Source of the DNA: an uncultured Chloroflexia bacterium
GTDB lineage: Bacteria; Chloroflexota; Anaerolineae; Anaerolineales; Villigracilaceae
DNA: 64,000 nucleotides
NCBI GenBank assembly: GCA_963805515.1
Contig: CAWDUZ010000004.1
Coordinates: 118,105-182,104, forward strand
Reading direction: 5' to 3'
Position numbers and translations under genes: made by a program. The notes beneath the pieces are model-generated. The model worked only from the letters and a program-made list of their open reading frames with translations, had not been told where the DNA came from and did not search any database. Below are positions 42,077-51,721 of this stretch, piece after piece (the stretch's first letter is position 1; every line of letters begins with the position of its first letter).

Positions 42077-42387
42077 TGCAGGGCAGGCGATTCCGTGAGG
42101 CACCTCACAAAATTGTGAGAAAATCATAACAAATGCCATGGATTGTGGCAAGAAATCCCAACTTGTGGCACAATTCGGAGTAACAAAGTCATATTCCATA
42201 CCTGACCAATATCACTTGGCGGTCAAAGCCTGCCGGCATAGAATTGGTGCAATCGTCAGGCACGGGCCGTTTTATTCATTAGAGACGAAGAAAACCGTGC
42301 GATGTACTCTCGAAGCCGAGCCCGACGTTTAAGCATCATTAACCCCGTGTTCCGGCTCCTTTAACAACCGCTGAGTAGAATACAAGC

Positions 42388-43212
42388 ATGGAAATCCGCA
42401 GACCCCGTCCGATTTACTACCTGTTCATAGCCTCCGCCACCGAGTTCGTGTTGGCGGTTGGCGCAGTGATCGCGCTGCTGGTGGCTGATCTCCTGAGCGA
42501 GCTGCCGCTGACGACAATCGCTTTCCTTTTGATCTACAATACGTTCATCGCGACACTGGTCCTGCTGATGCTGGCCAGGAACGACGGGCAGGACAAGACT
42601 GTAATCGTCAAAGGCGGCGGGCTGATCCTGGGGCACCTCGTTGGACTGGTGCTGGGCGGCTTGCTCGGATCGAAATACGGAGGCGTAGTGTGGGCGGTCA
42701 TCGGCGCGGTCGGGCTGTACTTCATTATCGGACAGATCGGTTCCACCCTGAGCTCCACGATCGGGCTGGAGGTGGACAGGCTGACAGCTCCCTACAAGCA
42801 GCCGGTAGTGAAGAATACGATGCAGTTGGCAAAGCCCAAGCCCTCCTATCTCTTCACTTATGGCGCGCTGATCCCGGCGATGTTCATGGCAGCCGCGGTG
42901 TTCCTAAAAGAGGCGCCTTTCGCGCTGGCGCAATACTCCGGGATATTGCCTTCGGCGCGGATCGCGGTCATTGCGCTCTCGCTCGGCTCCATGCTGCTGG
43001 CGTGGATATTGCGCACGCGTTGGATGGCGAAGAACCATAAGAGCACATTCTCACGCAGAACGGGACTCTCGCTAGTGGGCCTGGGTCTGTCGCTGGCACC
43101 TGCGCTGTATGGCTTCCTGCTGTTCTGCGTCTTCGGTATCTCCATCATTGAACTGGGAATCTTCGCGGCGGTGTCTACACTGGCGGCACTGCTGTGGGTG
43201 CAAACGCCGTAA
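42388..43212 (+). CDS. Hypothetical polytopic membrane protein (274 aa)
   Basis: At least 7 hydrophobic segments; no recognised domain. Confidence 0.45.
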   Translation: MEIRRPRPIYYLFIASATEFVLAVGAVIALLVADLLSELPLTTIAFLLIYNTFIATLVLLMLARNDGQDKTVIVKGGGLILGHLVGLVLGGLLGSKYGGVVWAVIGAVGLYFIIGQIGSTLSSTIGLEVDRLTAPYKQPVVKNTMQLAKPKPSYLFTYGALIPAMFMAAAVFLKEAPFALAQYSGILPSARIAVIALSLGSMLLAWILRTRWMAKNHKSTFSRRTGLSLVGLGLSLAPALYGFLLFCVFGISIIELGIFAAVSTLAALLWVQTP

Positions 43213-43455
43213 GGTTCGTTGTCTTGATCCAACATCTCCGAGGTTACGCCGCTTCTTTCGGCACGCCGGAGATTTTTTTGTGGGGACAAAGAACACCTTC
43301 ACCGTGTACAAGATGAACGGGGTGCCGCGCTTTCTCATGCAACAGTTGGGCATAAGCATGAAGAGCAGATCTGAAATGGACTCGCTGCCAGGGCTGAGCC
43401 ACGTGGAACATTGCTAGAAAAGCATGGGATAATGGGGCGTCACGAAGGACGGACC

Positions 43456-44139
43456 ATGACGACCGAACTGATCCTCATCCGACACGGATACACGGTGCCG
43501 ATCAACGGCGATTATGCGCACGCGCCGTTGACGCCACTCGGCAGACAGCAAGCCGAGCAAACCGGCGAATACTTATTGTCGAACCAGGAACCGCTGCACG
43601 GTTTATACACAAGCCCACTGCGACGCGCCCGCGAGACGGCGGACATCATCGCATCCAAAATAAGCGCCAGTCCCAGACTTAAAACCGGCATCCGCGAAAT
43701 CGAAGCGCTCGAAGCGCCAATGCTCGCGGTATATGAACTGGCTTCCCTGCTGGACCCGGTGGAAGACTACCTGGACGCGAGAGCGGGACAGGCTATTCGG
43801 TGGCCTGTGGAGGGCCGCGTCTCCGGCTCGCTGCTGGAGATCATTGCCGCAGAGCCGGACCAGCGCACAGTGGTAGTAGCTCACAGCGGCGTGATCTCAT
43901 CGGTGCTGGCGTGGTACTTTCCGGAAGAGCGGGCCAAATGGTGGCTCACCATGGTTAAGAATTGCTCGCTCACACGGCTGGCAGTGGACGGTGCGAAAGC
44001 CCGCGTCCTGGGGGTAGATGAGACTGGTCACCTGTCACCGAATGCGGTGACCCAGCAGCCGCCTGCCCCGGCAGCGCAGGTTGCGAAAGCGATCCCCGCG
44101 GCGGTGGATAAGTCTCCCATCGGGCGCAAGAGTCCTTAG
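43456..44139 (+). CDS. Histidine phosphatase family protein (phosphoglycerate-mutase-like)
   Basis: LILIRHG (RHG motif), SPLRRARETA, VVVAHSGV. Confidence 0.7.
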   Translation: MTTELILIRHGYTVPINGDYAHAPLTPLGRQQAEQTGEYLLSNQEPLHGLYTSPLRRARETADIIASKISASPRLKTGIREIEALEAPMLAVYELASLLDPVEDYLDARAGQAIRWPVEGRVSGSLLEIIAAEPDQRTVVVAHSGVISSVLAWYFPEERAKWWLTMVKNCSLTRLAVDGAKARVLGVDETGHLSPNAVTQQPPAPAAQVAKAIPAAVDKSPIGRKSP

Positions 44140-44306
44140 CAGATATTACACGGCTTTCTCAAAGTCCAGATTATCAGCCCCACCTCTGCCCCGCCCCACT
44201 CTTGGGGCGGCGAGGCCCTTCTCACAGAGGCGGAGGCTCAACTTGCGGGTCTGGAGAATTCATAAGCGGAGCCAGAAGATGATGAACAGAATCGTCCACA
44301 GGATGC

Positions 44307-45117
44307 TCACGACCAATTGCCGGAGACCAATGCGGACAGGCTTGACCCTATGGCGGGATGAAACGCGCCCCAAAGCGACTCAATCCATTGAAGCAGGTAG
44401 GGGATGAAGATCAGGCGCGGAAGCTGGCCGACGAGCCCGAAGGCGAATGAGAAGAGGACGTTGAAAGATGTGAAAGCCAGCGCGCGGACTGCCATGCTCC
44501 ATTGGATGCGGCGCGGCGGGACGGAAGGCAGAAGGCGCTGCTCCAGGCGCAAATAGGCGTAGAGGATGGAGGCCGCAGATTGAAGCCAGGTCAGCAGCCA
44601 GAGCCACCAGCCGGACGCGCCGTAATGGCCGAGCCCGACCCAATAAGCGCCCGGCGCAGCGAGTGAAAGAACGCCTGTTGCTAGCAACTCCACGCCGACC
44701 TGCTTGCGTTCTTCGCGGCGGACCACCAACCATAAGTGCCAGGCGAATACGAGGAGACCTGGAACGGCAAGATAGGTGACATAGCCATCGCCGAGGGAGA
44801 TCAAGCGCTGCGACGGCAAGCAGGCCGATGACTCCGTATACAGCGGTCCAGAAAAACGCTGCGGGAAGGTCTGAGCGCGGGCGGCGGCCCGACCAGGCTT
44901 TGACGAGGGTGGTCAGCGGCTGGCGCAGAAAAAATGCTGCCAGGGCAGCGATGACAAGAAAGGCGGTACCTGTGCGAAAATGCGCGCCTACAAAAATCCC
45001 GATGACCAGCGGGCTGAGGATGAATACCCAAGACCCATGATCCTGGGGAATGGCTATGTGTCTTCTGAAAAGGGATCTCACAGCGCGTAATTGTAGTTGA
45101 GGAAGCGAGCGGCGCAT
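44307..45117 (-). CDS. Hypothetical membrane protein (frameshifted; pieces 44380-45117 and 44307-44819)
   Basis: MRRSLPQLQLRAV...HGSWVFILSPLVIGIFVGA... then ...ISLGDGYVTYLAVPGLLVFAWHLWLVV.... Multiple TM segments continue across a frame change near 44800. Confidence 0.35.
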
Positions 45118-45131
45118 TTTCGTCGGTGCGG

Positions 45132-45833
45132 CTAATTGAGCGAGCCGAGAAGAATGCGGCTTGGCTGATGATAGCGGATGACGAGCCGGGGGCGCCATGC
45201 TTGAGTCGGCTCATCTCCGCTGGAGAAGTGGATGTAGTCGGGGCGGGCATTGCCGTCGTTGTTCAGCGCGAAGCGAAGACGGAACTGCGTCAGACCAGAA
45301 GAGACGGCCCAGCGATCAATGTAGGGAAAGGCAACGCTGCGGATGGTGAAAGTATAGGTGTCGGCGAGATCAGGCGTGAAAGGCCCCAATGAACTGACAT
45401 CGGCGTAAGCATCAAAGTCTTGAAACTCCAATGCAGGGGAGCCAAAGGAACCGAAGCGCATATCGATCATCAGGCCGCGGAACTTGACGAAGGGGTTGCC
45501 TTCGCCGACGATGCTGCTTTCCTGCTTGAGGATCAACTGGGCGGAGTTGATCAGGGCATCATCGGGCAGGGAACTGGTGTCAAAGGAAAGGATGGTTACG
45601 ATCTGGGGATTTGGATAGCCATTTTCGTCGCCGACGCGCAGGCTTGTGCTGGCGGCATCCATCTCACCGTTTTCGACGATATAGCCGTCCTGCGCGCCGA
45701 TGCTGTAGAAGACTCTCTGAAGGATAGTAAACGGTACAAGCCCGGGATGGCTGACAGCCGCCGGGCCGAGGCATGCGAGTGTGAAGAGCAGACACAGTGC
45801 AGGGATAAGCAGGCGCCGAAGCCTCATGAGCAC
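45132..45833 (-). CDS. Hypothetical secreted protein (signal peptide)
   Basis: MLMRLRRLLIPALCLLFTLACLGPAAVS signal; no known domain. Confidence 0.45.
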   Translation of the reverse strand: MLMRLRRLLIPALCLLFTLACLGPAAVSHPGLVPFTILQRVFYSIGAQDGYIVENGEMDAASTSLRVGDENGYPNPQIVTILSFDTSSLPDDALINSAQLILKQESSIVGEGNPFVKFRGLMIDMRFGSFGSPALEFQDFDAYADVSSLGPFTPDLADTYTFTIRSVAFPYIDRWAVSSGLTQFRLRFALNNDGNARPDYIHFSSGDEPTQAWRPRLVIRYHQPSRILLGSLN

Positions 45834-46000
45834 GCTCCATCGGAGAGGGAAAACCTGTTCTGCGGGATTAGAATGAAGGCTTGAAAGACCCCATCCGACA
45901 ATGAGCAGATTATAAAACCAACCCGTACTGCACGCATTGCAAAGCCCTTGCCACAGGGCGAGAGACGGCGCTCCACAACGACATGAAAGCAGAGGAAAAC

Positions 46001-47413
46001 ATGCAGAACATCGTCAAGCCGCGCCTGACGCTCATGGACGAAGAACAAATCATGGAGGTCCATCGAAACGCGCTGCAGATCCTGGGGGAAGTGGGGGTAC
46101 GGGTGGATTTGCCGACCGTTCTTCAGAAGCTGAAGCGCACGGGGCAGGTGCATGTGGATGACCGGACGGTGAGAATGCCGGCCGAGCTGGTCGAATCTGC
46201 CATTCAGTCGGCGCCGCGTGAGATCGCGGTGTTCAACCGCAGAGGCGAGCCGGCGCTGACGCTGGGCGACGGGAAGATGCACTTCGGGATCGGGGTGACG
46301 GCGCTATCCTATATCGATCCGGCCACGGATGCACCGGAGCCGTTCCGGCGCGAACACATGCGCGATATGGTGAGGCTAGGAGAGGCGCTGCCCCATTACG
46401 AGGTGATATCGACCGTGGGGGTGCCGCGGGATGTGCCGCCGGAGCTTTCGGACCTTTACGCGGGGCTGGATATGATCTCGCACACCGTCAAGCCGCTGGT
46501 GGTGCTGGTGTCGGACGAAAGCCAATTTGGGCCGGTGCTGGATCTATTCGAAAGCCTGACCGGCGACCTGGGCTCACGGCCTTTTATCGTCCCGTATTTC
46601 AACCCCATATCGCCGCTGATCTACAATGCGGGCACCGTGGATAAGATGGCGGAGGCCATCGAGCGCGGCCTGCCTTTCATACTATCGAGCTACAGCATGG
46701 CGGGAATGTCCTCGCCCATGACACCCGCCGGAATACTGGCCCTGTTGACCGCCGAGTTATTAGCGGGGTTGGCAATCAGCCAGGCGCTGAAGACGGGAGC
46801 GCCGGTGGTACTGGGCATGCTGCCGAATTATTTCGACATGAAGACCATGCAAAGCTTTTACGATCCGCAAAGCATCCTGCTCAACGTGGCGTGCGCGGAG
46901 ATGATGGCGCACTACGGCCTGCCACACTGCGGGACATCAGGCAGCGGCACGGGCTGGGGCACGGACCTGATCTCGGCGGACACGTATTGGATGAATACGC
47001 TGACGTTCGGGCTGACACACGGGGGACTGGCACCCTTCGTGGGCGATACGCTGGGAGCGAAGGCTTTCGCAGCGACGACGGTTGTCTACGTGCACGAGGT
47101 GATCGAGCAGGCGAAGCGCATTGCCGATGGCTTTGTGCTGGATGAGGCTTCGAGCGCGCTGGATGAGATCGTAGCAGCCGGAGTGGGCGGAAGTTATCTG
47201 TCGTCGGCGGGTACGAAGCGGCTGTATAAGACGGGCTATTACCAAAGCCCGGTATGGCCGCGGTGGTCCATTGAGAAATGGCAATCGGAAGGTATGCCGG
47301 AGACGAAGAAGCTGCTCCGCGAACGGACCCGAGCGCTGATCGAGTCCGCGCCTGCTCCGGAGGATTGCGAGGAACTCATGCGAAAAGGAGAAGAGTTCAT
47401 CAAGGGGAGATGA
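46001..47413 (+). CDS. Trimethylamine-methyltransferase (MttB) superfamily corrinoid methyltransferase (non-Pyl, glycine-betaine/quaternary-amine type)
   Basis: 470 aa aligns throughout with the MttB family (...GVTALSYIDP..., ...NPISPLIYNAGT..., ...HCGTSGSGTGWG...). Start taken at the second ATG, which has an AGAGGAAAA SD; the track ORF starts at 45983. Confidence 0.8.
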   Translation: MQNIVKPRLTLMDEEQIMEVHRNALQILGEVGVRVDLPTVLQKLKRTGQVHVDDRTVRMPAELVESAIQSAPREIAVFNRRGEPALTLGDGKMHFGIGVTALSYIDPATDAPEPFRREHMRDMVRLGEALPHYEVISTVGVPRDVPPELSDLYAGLDMISHTVKPLVVLVSDESQFGPVLDLFESLTGDLGSRPFIVPYFNPISPLIYNAGTVDKMAEAIERGLPFILSSYSMAGMSSPMTPAGILALLTAELLAGLAISQALKTGAPVVLGMLPNYFDMKTMQSFYDPQSILLNVACAEMMAHYGLPHCGTSGSGTGWGTDLISADTYWMNTLTFGLTHGGLAPFVGDTLGAKAFAATTVVYVHEVIEQAKRIADGFVLDEASSALDEIVAAGVGGSYLSSAGTKRLYKTGYYQSPVWPRWSIEKWQSEGMPETKKLLRERTRALIESAPAPEDCEELMRKGEEFIKGR

Positions 47414-47523
47414 GAGAGGCGATTTGGGCGTAGCAAGGTGATGCAAACGTCCCGCGGGGTCGGATCATGAGTTCGGTATTGTGCGGAACCTATGGGACGA
47501 TGATCCTGGGCCGATAAAAAAAA

Positions 47524-47568
47524 CTTCCGAAGCGCCAGCAAGCGGCGGGCTTCGGAAGTTTGTCTTTG
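47524..47568. terminator. Hairpin terminator (cttccgaagc...gcttcggaag) with a T-tract on the plus side and an A-tract on the minus side, so bidirectional
   Basis: 10-bp stem; sits between convergent genes mttB(+) and htrA(-). Confidence 0.55.
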
Positions 47569-47600
47569 CCAATCAACGCCCCGGGGGCATTGCGATTTTT

Positions 47601-48798
47601 CTAGGACGGGCGCTTGCCGAGCGTAAGCTTAATGTCCTGCTTCTGGTCGCCGCGCAATATGGTCAGAGTGATAACGTCACCGGGCGATCTGTGAGTGACC
47701 AGATAGGAAATGAGATCATCATATTGAAGAATGGGGTGCCCGTCCACCGCGATGATCAGGTCGCCGCCAGCCAACAGGCCCTGGACACTGGTGGTCTGCG
47801 TGCCGGCCTTGAGACCGGCCTGCTCAGCAGGGCCGCCCTTCGCAAGATCGGTGACATAGGTACCGGTGAACTGCTTGAGGCCCAACACGTTGATCTCGCC
47901 CAAGGTGAGGCCGCCCTGCGAGGGGTTGCCCAGGCTGACCGAGCTGATGCCAAGATACGGATAGTCATACTTCCCGCTCTGGATGATGACCGGCACCACG
48001 CGCTTGACGATATTGGAAGAGACGGAGAAACCGACGCCTGAATTCAACAGGCTGGCCGGAGGCTGAATAGTCGGCGGTCTCGATGGCACGATTGACGCCG
48101 ATGACCTCCCCATTCAGATTGAAGAGCGGGCCGCCGGAATTACCGGGGTTGATGGCGGTATCGGTCTGGAGCAAGTCGCCCGCTGTGAAGGGCTGCCCGC
48201 CGTTGGGGGTGGCATGAGCCGAATCGAGGGTGCGATGTACCCCGGAAACGACCCCGACGCTCATTGAGCCCAGGAAACGGAACGGGTTGCCAATGGCGAT
48301 GACCGTCTGCCCAATGGCGACGGCATCCGAGTCTCCGATCGCGAGCGGGTGGAACTCCGAAGCCGGGGCATCGACTTTGAGGACCGCCAAGTCTGAGTCC
48401 AGGTCGGTGCCGGTCACAGTGCCATAGGCCTTGAAGCCGGACATGAAGTCCACTTCGACCTTGTTACTGGCAGCGCCATCCACGACGTGGAAGTTGGTTA
48501 CGACATGGCCGGCGGTATCGTAGACGAAGCCGGCCCCCAGGGCTTCACCCTGCTGGGAAGCAACCTTGATGACGACGACACCGGGGATGACCCGCTGATA
48601 GATGGCAACAAATGCATCCTGCGCAGCAGCCGGGTTGAGAGGCGCCTGCACGGAAATGGGCGGTTCATTATTCGTAAGCGGCGCAGGAGTCTGAGGTGCT
48701 GCAGCACTCGGCGAGGGGGCCACCACCTGGCAGGCAAGGATCGCAAACGTCATCAGAGCAGCGGCTGCCAATACCGGTAAATTGCGTTTCATTCTCAT
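47601..48798 (-). CDS. htrA: HtrA/DegP-family serine protease (trypsin-like S1C + PDZ). There is a frameshift near 48080
   Basis: Signal peptide; catalytic triad context (VVTNFHVV, DLAVLKV, GNSGGPL). The PDZ domain continues in ORF 47601-48113. Confidence 0.8.
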
Positions 48799-49009
48799 TG
48801 AATCTCCTTTGACGGATCCGTTATGGTTGGTTTCTCGCAACGCTGTATGCACCCGACTACAGAACCTGTTCGACGATCTATTTGACCGATATGTACCAGA
48901 GACGATCTGCCCGGCACATCGCACAGATAAACGGGGACTTTGATATTCGTGCCTGACCTGTTTTGATCTGCGACCGAATTGATACGGGAATAGAAACGCC
49001 AGAGGGCTG

Positions 49010-49935
49010 CTAGCCGGGTTCGGCGCGGCCTGCTTCTTCGAGCAGTGATCTTTGTTTTGCAGAGAGTTGCTTGGGGATGCGCACCTTGACGCGCACGAAC
49101 AGATCGCCCTTGGTCTTTGGGCCCTTGAGGCGGGGCATGCCACGTCCCGGCGAGACGGAAGACCTGCTCGGGCTGGGTGCCGGCGGGTATCTTCAATGTG
49201 ATACGGCCTTCCATGGTTTCCACTTCGGCCTCACCGCCAAGCAGGGCAGTGAATACATCCACGTGTGGCAGTCGAGCGCAGGTCGTCGCCCTGGCGCTCG
49301 AAGAGCGGATGCGGCTCGACCTCGACGATGAGATACACGTCTGAGCCGTCGGGGCCGCCGCCCGCGATGCGCACCTTTGAGCCGGTCTTAACACCCGCAG
49401 GGATACGAACCTGGAGCTTGCGCTCATCGCTTTGCAGCAAACGCGTGGTACCGTGATAGGCCTCATCGAGCGTGATGCTAATGGGCTGCTGATAGGCCGG
49501 CGCGGAACGCGAACGCGTGGAGGTCTGCGCGCGGCCGCCCGCGCCGCCAAAGACGGAACGGAAGAAATCAGAGAAGATGTCCTGGCCGAACAGGTCGTTG
49601 ATATCGCCGTACTCGGTGCGCGTGCCGCCGGAAGCGCCGGCCTGCCCCGGCTGACCGCTGAACCACTGGCTCCAATCGAAGTCATTGGGCGAGCCGCCGC
49701 GCTGCTGCCAGTTCGAGTAGGCGCTGCCAAGCTGATCGAAGCGCGCCCGTTTTTGAGGATCGCTGAGGACCTGGTAGGCCTCGTTGATCTCCTTGAACTT
49801 ATCCTCCGCCTGCTTATCACCGGGATTGCGATCCGGGTGATATTGCATGGCGAGCTTGCGATATGCCTTGCGCACATCGTCTGCGCTGGCTGAGCGCTCA
49901 ACGCCCAAAGTCTTGTAATAATCCTTATAGTCCAT
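49010..49935 (-). CDS. DnaJ-domain co-chaperone (CbpA-like type II J-protein: J-domain, G/F region, C-terminal substrate-binding domains, no Zn finger), frameshifted
   Basis: [37 protein letters not shown] (HPD). C-terminal ...[17 protein letters not shown]...[26 protein letters not shown] in shifted frames. Confidence 0.7.
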
Positions 49936-50091
49936 TTGGGGTGAATTCTATGCTGTTTAACCAGGGCACACAAGCTTGCTCAGGCGCATCTAATAGAATT
50001 CTAACCTCCGACGGCATGCGCGGGGATGAGGCCTTTACCAAATGGCCGGGATGATTTGGGCGTGATCCGACAATCACTTTATAATAGCGAC

Positions 50092-50679
50092 ATGAAATCA
50101 ATCTGTGTCTTCTGTGGCTCTTCGGACGCCGTGGCTCCGGCTTACATTACCGCTGCGCGAGAACTGGGACGGGTGATGGCCGGACGCAAACTCCAGTTGA
50201 TCTATGGGGGCGGGCGGACGGGATTGATGGGGGCTGTGGCAGACGGCGCACTGGATGCAGGCGGAGAGGTGATCGGCGTGATGATCCCATCGATGCACAC
50301 GGCGGAGCTATCGCATGCAGGGCTGACGCGCATGGACATGGTGCCGGAGATGCATGCACGGAAGAGGCGTATGCATGAGCTGGCCGATGGCTACATTGCC
50401 CTGCCCGGCGGCTTTGGCACGCTGGACGAATTGTTCGAAACGCTCACCTGGGGTCAGATCGGCGCGCACGAAAAGCCGGTCGGACTGCTGGATGTGAATA
50501 ACTACTACACTCCGCTCATTGCGGCAATCGACCACGCGGTGAGAGAGGGCTTCGTATTCCGCGAGCACCGCGAGGCGCTGTATTGGGAGACCGAGCCGGA
50601 GAAACTGATCGAGCTGATGGAAAAGCATCAGCCGCGGCCGGAGGCTGTAAGGCGCTGGATGAGGCAGCATGAAGAATGA
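50092..50679 (+). CDS. LOG-family protein (TIGR00730; cytokinin riboside 5'-monophosphate phosphoribohydrolase-like)
   Basis: MKSICVFCGSS...LIYGGGRTGLMGAVA...ALPGGFGTLDELFE. Confidence 0.8.
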   Translation: MKSICVFCGSSDAVAPAYITAARELGRVMAGRKLQLIYGGGRTGLMGAVADGALDAGGEVIGVMIPSMHTAELSHAGLTRMDMVPEMHARKRRMHELADGYIALPGGFGTLDELFETLTWGQIGAHEKPVGLLDVNNYYTPLIAAIDHAVREGFVFREHREALYWETEPEKLIELMEKHQPRPEAVRRWMRQHEE

Positions 50680-50764
50680 GGGGATTTTAGATTTTAGATT
50701 TACGAACGTCCCGCAGGGTTGAGTGAACGGGCATGGACTAATAAGAACCTGCGGGGCGAGCGGG

Positions 50765-51580
50765 CTAATGCAAGTAGACGGCCAAGGGGCCGGCGGTGGG
50801 GATCAGCTGGCGGAGCTGCTTGTATGGGATAACGACGGTCTGAGGGCCGGCTGCGTAGGGGGCTACCTGGTATTCATCAAAGGTGATCATCAGGCCATCA
50901 GCCGTGAGGTTCCAGTTGCGGTAATTTTCAGCAGAGGCGGTTGCGCCCAATTCAAAGCCCTGGAAACCGATGTCGCGCGTGCCAAGCTGCGCAACGCAGT
51001 ATTTTGAAATGGCGGTGAGATAGTCGACGTCCGGCTCAAAGAGGTCGGCGAGGGTGAGGTCACGGCCCTGCTGCAGATCGTAGGTGAGCGTCTGGCTGGT
51101 ATCGCCCGGATGCGCGGCTCCGGTGTAATAAGTGGTGATATCAAATTTCACGCTGATCACGTTGCCAGGCGGCGAGAGCACGTTATAGCGCAACTCGAAC
51201 GAGCTGGCGGTGGAATTTGCGGTGGGAGCCAAATTCGCCAAATTATCCTTGAACTCGGTGACAGCTTTGTCGACGAGGGCCGTCATTTCATAATTGAACC
51301 GCAGGACACGCGGGTCCTGGCTGCCGGTCAAAGCGGGAGTTTGAGTCTTGATGGTGTAAGCGAAGGGCTGGCCCGACTGCTCCGATGACCTGGAGATCAA
51401 TGCCACTTGTTGATAGAGGGGTATGGATGTTTCAGTGGAAGCCGGGCTTGTCGGAGCCACATCAGGATTTGAAACCTTGCCCGGTACGGGATTCGCCAAG
51501 GTGCTGCAAGCCAAAGCGGTCAAAAACAATCCGCAAACGAACAATACCCCGGCTATGATCATCGTGCGAACGTGTCCCAT
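50765..51580 (-). CDS. DUF3298/DUF4163 domain lipoprotein (RsiV-like)
   Basis: Signal/lipobox LTALACS; C-terminal ...DEYQVAPYAAGPQTVVIPYKQL is typical of DUF3298. Confidence 0.6.
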   Translation of the reverse strand: MGHVRTMIIAGVLFVCGLFLTALACSTLANPVPGKVSNPDVAPTSPASTETSIPLYQQVALISRSSEQSGQPFAYTIKTQTPALTGSQDPRVLRFNYEMTALVDKAVTEFKDNLANLAPTANSTASSFELRYNVLSPPGNVISVKFDITTYYTGAAHPGDTSQTLTYDLQQGRDLTLADLFEPDVDYLTAISKYCVAQLGTRDIGFQGFELGATASAENYRNWNLTADGLMITFDEYQVAPYAAGPQTVVIPYKQLRQLIPTAGPLAVYLH

Positions 51581-51721
51581 TGCTCCTCCTCGAAGCTAAA
51601 GCACCTGTCTCTCATGTTCTATTAACGAAGTGCCAAATCGTTTTGCTATGGATGCGCTGGAGGTGGCCTCTGCATCAGTTTAAGGGCGGATTGGCAATCC
51701 GCCCTACATGGTTGGTGTCCG